Source: Antedon mediterranea
Lineage: Eukaryota; Animalia; Echinodermata
Direction of reading: 5' to 3'
DNA length: 64,000 bases
NCBI RefSeq assembly: GCF_964355755.1
Contig: NC_092674.1
Coordinates: forward strand, 31,682,001 to 31,746,000
Below are positions 48,901 through 64,000 of this stretch, one piece after another. The stretch's first letter is position 1, and each line of letters starts with the position of its first letter. The notes beneath the pieces were generated by a model. The model did not search any database, had not been told where the DNA came from, and saw only the letters and a program-made list of their open reading frames with translations. The translations under genes and the position numbers were made by a program.

Positions 48901-49640
48901 TTGCATTTAGGTCTATTAGTGCAGGTAGGGAACGTTTCTTTATTATTCATAAGATATTATAAAAACAAATAAAAACTATTACTTTTTAAATATTAATCTG
49001 CCAGAACATAATTTATACAGTACTCATATGGTATTTCGAGATTTAGCCTTCTAGATTAAGGTTATTCATTTTATTTTGTATGACTTTTAAAGTCACCAAT
49101 TATTAAAATTAATCCAAGTTCAAGTAATGTACATGTAATAGGAAATGCATTTTGATTTAAATTCTCTAATGGCGTATCTGCGTTTGTGTAATTATCTTCG
49201 CATGTTAAATCCAGGGAATAGATTAGTTTTTATACTCTTTCAATTCCTTGTATAATATAACATTTTGAGAGTGCAATATGGTACAAATACTTTCATGAGA
49301 TGAAAGATACTACTATAATGAAAATATAACGAAAATCAATGCTCATTTTACTGAAATTAAACGGTTAATGGCATATGTGTTTATTGGAGTAGTACTACTA
49401 TACTACTAATCTGATCCACAATCCTCCAATCAAATGACATGAATCTGCTCAGGTGTAAATATTAATAACTATTACGGTTTTACATCAGCTTCGGCTGACA
49501 AAACATAGAATTAATTCATTCAACCATGTCATGGTCACATAGCATAACAAATGTAAAATAAATATCGCTTCATGTCACACAGCATCCCACCCCCACATTG
49601 ACATTAACTGATCATCGTAATACACTATCTAAATGGCCAG

Positions 49641-52600
49641 TTAACTGTTGTCATCTCGCTGTCTGATTTTACGTGACCCGGCATTGAATTTGCGTTTTTT
49701 GAAGCTAATATTAATGTTTCCTTCACTATCAGCTGACTGTAAAGATCCAACAGTTTTTTCTTTAAATTGCAACTTTTCTCTCTTTTGATGTTGCTCAGCC
49801 TGTGGTTTGTATTGACTGGTGGTGTAGTTGGCACTCTCCGGAAGCTGAAGGTCAACCGGATCATCATTTCTAATGAGTAAGGTACAAATAATTAAGAATC
49901 AACTTTGAGACGTGTGGACACTATTTCATTTTAATCTCACTATAAACTATAAATTATAAACTTTTGAAAATGTCTCTAGAAAATGTTTTATCAAAATATA
50001 GTGAAATAAAATAAATCTGTGAAGTGCATTTACTAAATAATGATAAGATAGTTGGTTACCTGACTTCAATCATTTGCCATTGTCCGTATGCATCACTTGC
50101 AGCTTTCCTTTTCTCTCCTTTAACTGTTTCATCTTCAGTTGTACCATCCATTGTTGTAGTCTATCATGAATAAAGTAATGAACATGTTAAAAACAATCAT
50201 CAATTATCTATCCTATCAATATTATTAAAACCATTGAAATGTTCCGATTGTCATTTTCATTATAAGCTCAATAGCGCATTTTTCAATAACGCATTTTTCT
50301 GCAATTATTATTGCTTATGTTATCCAAAACATTTTATTACTATATATTGCTATATAGTGTTGTCTAAATTTTAAACAGTATAATTTCAAACCAGTCTTCA
50401 GTATACATCACGAAGAAGCCTACTATCTAATTACAAAATGCAAGAACTTTATTAACAATAAAAACAATATAACACACTGGTTACTTGGTAAATGATTCTT
50501 GTATCTATCAAAAATCCAGTTAACTAATTTACAAGATAACAATTTTTATTTTAGCTGTATATTTTTCAGACACACATTTAATGGCATTCTAGTTAACAAA
50601 ATAAATTAAATGTACTACATTTGTAATGTAGATTAATTATTTAGTTTGTTTACACCAAATGGATTTATATTTACAATATGTGTAAATAAGTAAATAATAT
50701 CAACTCAATCGATTCATTGTATCATAATAAAATTTAAAATGTCAAAAAATACTAATAGTTAATTCCTAATGTTTTTACTTGAATATAATTATAATAAGTG
50801 GTAAAATAGCTTGCTAGAAGATATTTAAATAATATCTAAATTTTTGAAACAAAGTTTCTGATAGTTGTAACACTTATCAAAGACACTAGAACTGACCACT
50901 GCATTCTCTTCTTTGTCTTGTTGTTCTGCCAAAGAAACAAAGCTTCCTGGCACTTCCCAGGTTGTTTCTGTAAATAAACAAAACAATGATAATAGGAAAA
51001 AAGACGATGTACTCAGAAAAACCAAAAATGTCTTTACAATAACCTTCTATATAATCTTCTAAAAAATTGCACATTAATTTCCCTAACATATAAAGTTATA
51101 GATTATATATAACATAAATTGCACTACTTGTATATATGTATTTTTTGTCTTTTTAACCGGATGATAATATGGTTAAAAACACTTATTTTGGTAATATCAT
51201 TTTGATTTAAAAAAAAAACCATATCATGTATAATATGATCTGAAACTACACCACAATAAAAGCAACTATTGAGTCTCTACGCTGAATACTAATTTAGGAA
51301 AATACTATGCAACTAATTAACAAAATGTTTGTTATAACTTACTAGAGGTAATTGTGTTCCAATAATATGTGTACCCCTCTTCACTAGTTGCTTCCATCCA
51401 TGTCCCAATACTTTCATTGTCTTTTACTAATGTTTCTTTTTCCTTTGCTATTCTCTGTCGGTCTTTTTCATCCTTTTTAGCTTGATCTTATACAGTAATG
51501 TAAATTAGATTTTAAACGACTTTATTTTGTGACAAACCTTACGTTGATCATAGATAATAGTTCCCTATACCTGTAATATCTCTATGTTTTGATCCATGGA
51601 GCCCAGAATAAAAAGTGGGGTTTCAACTCTGACCGTTCATATAGTGGTCAAGTCACTGAAAGTGATTTTTAGGCAAATGTTTACCTTGGTGTTCACATAC
51701 ATGAACCAAATAGGCTGTAACATTTGAATATTTGCTGGCATAATGAATACTAACCACTTGTGAAATATGTAAATAAACAACGTGAATCAAATACTGTACC
51801 TTCAAGCTGCTTCTGTTTAAATTCTGCAGAAGCAGAAACACCATACTGACTGGCTAATGATGGGTCATTCTTTAGATCTTGTTCAAATGCTTTAAGAGCT
51901 GCCTTTAAAAAAAGAAGATAGAGATGTTTAAAAGTAAAATCTATAGTAGTATATGTTTAGTATTCAGTTGATTGTAATTATCATTCATTAATTTATTATA
52001 TACCTTTTATATGTTTAGTATTCAGTTGATTGTAATTATCATTCATTAATTTATTATATACCTTTTATATGTTTAGTATTCAGTTGATTGTAATTATCAT
52101 TCATTCATTTATTATATACCTTTTATATGTTTAGTATTCAGTTGATTGTAATTATCATTCATTCATTTATTATATACCTTTTATATGTTTAGTATTCAGT
52201 TGATTGTAATTATCATTCATTCATTTATTATATACCTTTTATATGTTTAGTATTCAGTTGATTGTAATTATCATTCATTCATTTATTATATACCTTTTCA
52301 ATTGCAGCCATAGACTTTTTTGCAGCCTGTTCATCCTTGTGTTTCTGTAAACCACTTTTCCTGAGTTCATTGATTCGTTTTTCAACATTTTCTTTGTGCT
52401 TTTTTCCTCTTTCATGAAAATCTACACTCTATAAAAACAATTAATGTTATATCCAGTTGGGTATTGTTATATATAATAATAAATATATTATAAAACATAC
52501 AATCACTGCAGCATTCATACTGTAATACAACCTGTGGAAGAGATAAGGCAAAATATTGATTGATTGCAAATCCACTGCAGTGTGAATAAATAATTAGCAG

Positions 52601-52831
52601 CATACAGTATACTTGTTACTTAACTGCTTTGTTTTCAGCTATCCAACACTTGCAAAAGTCACAGAATTTTTTTGGCTGAGACTTCCAGTAAGTTGCCCTA
52701 GACATAAATAAGCAAGAGAGAAAAACATTAACAAATCTCAATATTTCTACAGTACAGTAATACACATTTATAATATTTAAAAGGGACAACTTTTTTTTAT
52801 ATATAAAATATATCTATTTAATAACTTACAT
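49641..52831 (-). CDS. WBP4: WW domain-binding protein 4 (FBP21), spliceosomal U1-type zinc finger plus WW domain
   Basis: Minus-strand exons 52831-52830 (AT of a split ATG), 52697-52625, 52428-52294, 51902-51800, 51486-51343, 50967-50897, 50160-50060, 49869-49641. MATYWKSQPKKFCDFCKCWIAENKASVDFHERGKKHKENV; WW WMEATSEEGYTYYWNTITSKTTWEVP; AYGQWQ, VDLQLP, FKEKTVGSL, FKKRK..RKIRQRDD. Confidence 0.95.
51950..52298 (-). repeat. 58-bp tandem repeat (6 copies) spanning the WBP4 exon-3 donor
   Basis: Minus-strand unit aaaag|gtatataataaat(g/t)aatgaatgataattacaatcaactgaatactaaacatat; GT at 52293, 52235, 52177, 52119, 52061, 52003. Confidence 0.93.
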
Positions 52832-54666
52832 GATTCTTTTCTTCCTGTTGGTCTATTTTACATATATGCCTAGGTAACCATTTGGATGATAACAGAACAA
52901 ATTCTACTGACAATATATAAAAACATGTTAAATAAAAAGTAATGACATAATGTACAATAATAATTTTGAGTGTTGAATAGCCCATCAATACAAACAATAA
53001 TAAAATGCAATTATTAATTTATATGGCATGAATGAATAAAAAAAAGTACTAAAATAAAACTAACTAGGCCCTGGCCTAAAATTATAAGGTTTGGTGGAAC
53101 GATTTGGCAAACTTTTGAAGATCAAACGTTTCATTTTTTATGAGGCTAGGCCTAGCCTAGTCCTACTCTTTTAGCTAGGGCCTAAGTAGGGTAGGCCGTA
53201 ACGTCCCGTGCCTGAGTCAAAACCTTCCGGGGCGAAATCGTCCCCATCAGTAAGTGGCCTGGGGCGAATCGTCCTGCCAGCTACAATTCGAGGAGTATAC
53301 TACAGTAGCCTAGGATTACGTAATACTATTACTATATATTTAGGCCTAATTTAACACGTGCTTATGCAGTTTTGTACCCACTAAAAATTATTCTAGACCT
53401 TATCTTCGCAATAGTCGCGTCGTCGTTTTTTAAATGGATGCCACAACCACAAAATTAATCTTCGTGTTGTTTTTTCGCATTCATTGATTGGTTGAGAAAT
53501 TTTCATTACTCTCAGCTAGCTCTGGGCACGTATGTTTCCTAGAGAATTTCGCTATTGACGCATGCGCATTAACGCGCCGTTTAAAAACCACGCGCACTTG
53601 TTTATTTTGCGTAACGGTCGATTACATTTTGATCAACAAATGCCCTAGCATTTTTCATAGCCTTTCTATAAATATTTGACCTTAAAACAATTTATTTATT
53701 TTCCTTTATACTTTTTTAATCAAAATATCTAAAAATACAAAGAAAAAACAAAGCGGAATATAGCTATTATTTATCTTACTTTCAGTCTCAATTGTACTAA
53801 AATTTTAAACCAAAAATCGTACAATTTTTAAACTTTTATAAAAAAAATTCCGAAGTTTTTTGTGAGGTCAGGTATTCTCATACATATTCATGAGTAATTG
53901 AGCTAATCATGTGGTTTAAAGGTTTTAGAGCAACAATTGACGGTGTGGAGGTGTGATGGAACAAAAAACGAGGAAATTTCACTATTTTCCCTCTAAAATA
54001 CAGTTTTTATTGAGTATGTTAGCGATCAACCGAACACACTCATGTATGTTAAATGCTACCATGCCAGGTAATGTTCATCACATATCTTAAAATATCCCGA
54101 CTAGGCCTAGATTCGAAGGCCTAGGCCTACATACAAGTTTTAAAAGACTGGAGTTTGGGGATATATCCACCCCATGCGAGGCACATCGTTAGGTGTTTCG
54201 TGGAATGTGTTCCGAATTATACACATTTTCATAATTTAGTGTTTGTTATAGCTTAAATTGTTTAAGAACTAATGTTTTGCAGTATATATTTATAGTTCAG
54301 TAATGTTAATATTGTTTTTATATCGTTTAAATTGTTATCACCTTATTTCAGCTCCTTAATCATCACACTGACCTCCCCATCTTTAATAATAGTATTATCC
54401 ACTTGTTGTATAAGTAACGCTAGGTTTGGGTTATTCCATTTTGGTAACAGGCAACATTTTATTTTAAACATTGTAGGCCTACAGTATTTTTATTTTATAA
54501 TTATGCATAAAATTAATATGTATTATTTGCAATTGTATTACCAATAAATTACACATAACACTGTTTTTATTTTTTATTATATTTTTTTTAAAGGTATGTC
54601 TGGAGTCGGATGAAATGTGTATTAACTATTATTGCATGAGGCAATTTTTCCGAATGATCAGAAAAT

Positions 54667-64000
<9,334 letters not shown>

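Overview
AT-rich, intron-dense genomic DNA from an invertebrate animal; the taxon cannot be fixed from sequence alone, although a Deu/Nin-type SINE fits a bilaterian such as a deuterostome. Manual splicing recovers nine genes: CYFIP/Sra1 (5'-truncated, +), WDR55 (-), AGA (+), a 3-exon orphan gene (-), two tandem GPI-type DOMON genes (+), a secreted ~613-aa protein of 18 tandem knottin-like C-C-CC-C-C modules (+), WBP4 (-) and an MBTD1/L3MBTL2-like gene (3'-truncated, +). There is also a tRNA-Glu(TTC), several non-autonomous DNA elements (Helentron/DINE-like, Kolobok-like, hAT), a Rex1-type LINE fragment and a SINE. Four observations stand out. (1) The 18-knottin concatemer is built from phase-0 exons offset relative to the domains. 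(2) At least seven tandem arrays have units that span a real splice junction, giving up to 35 copies of one acceptor. (3) There are at least 30 TAGGCCTA motifs plus TAGCCTA/TAGGCTA variants, which repeat-copy comparison shows to be 5-6 bp insertions at TA sites (probable transposon excision footprints), clustered near promoters. (4) CYFIP has a pair of mutually exclusive exons covering part of its Rac1-binding A site. All coordinates were read by eye and may be off by a few bases.
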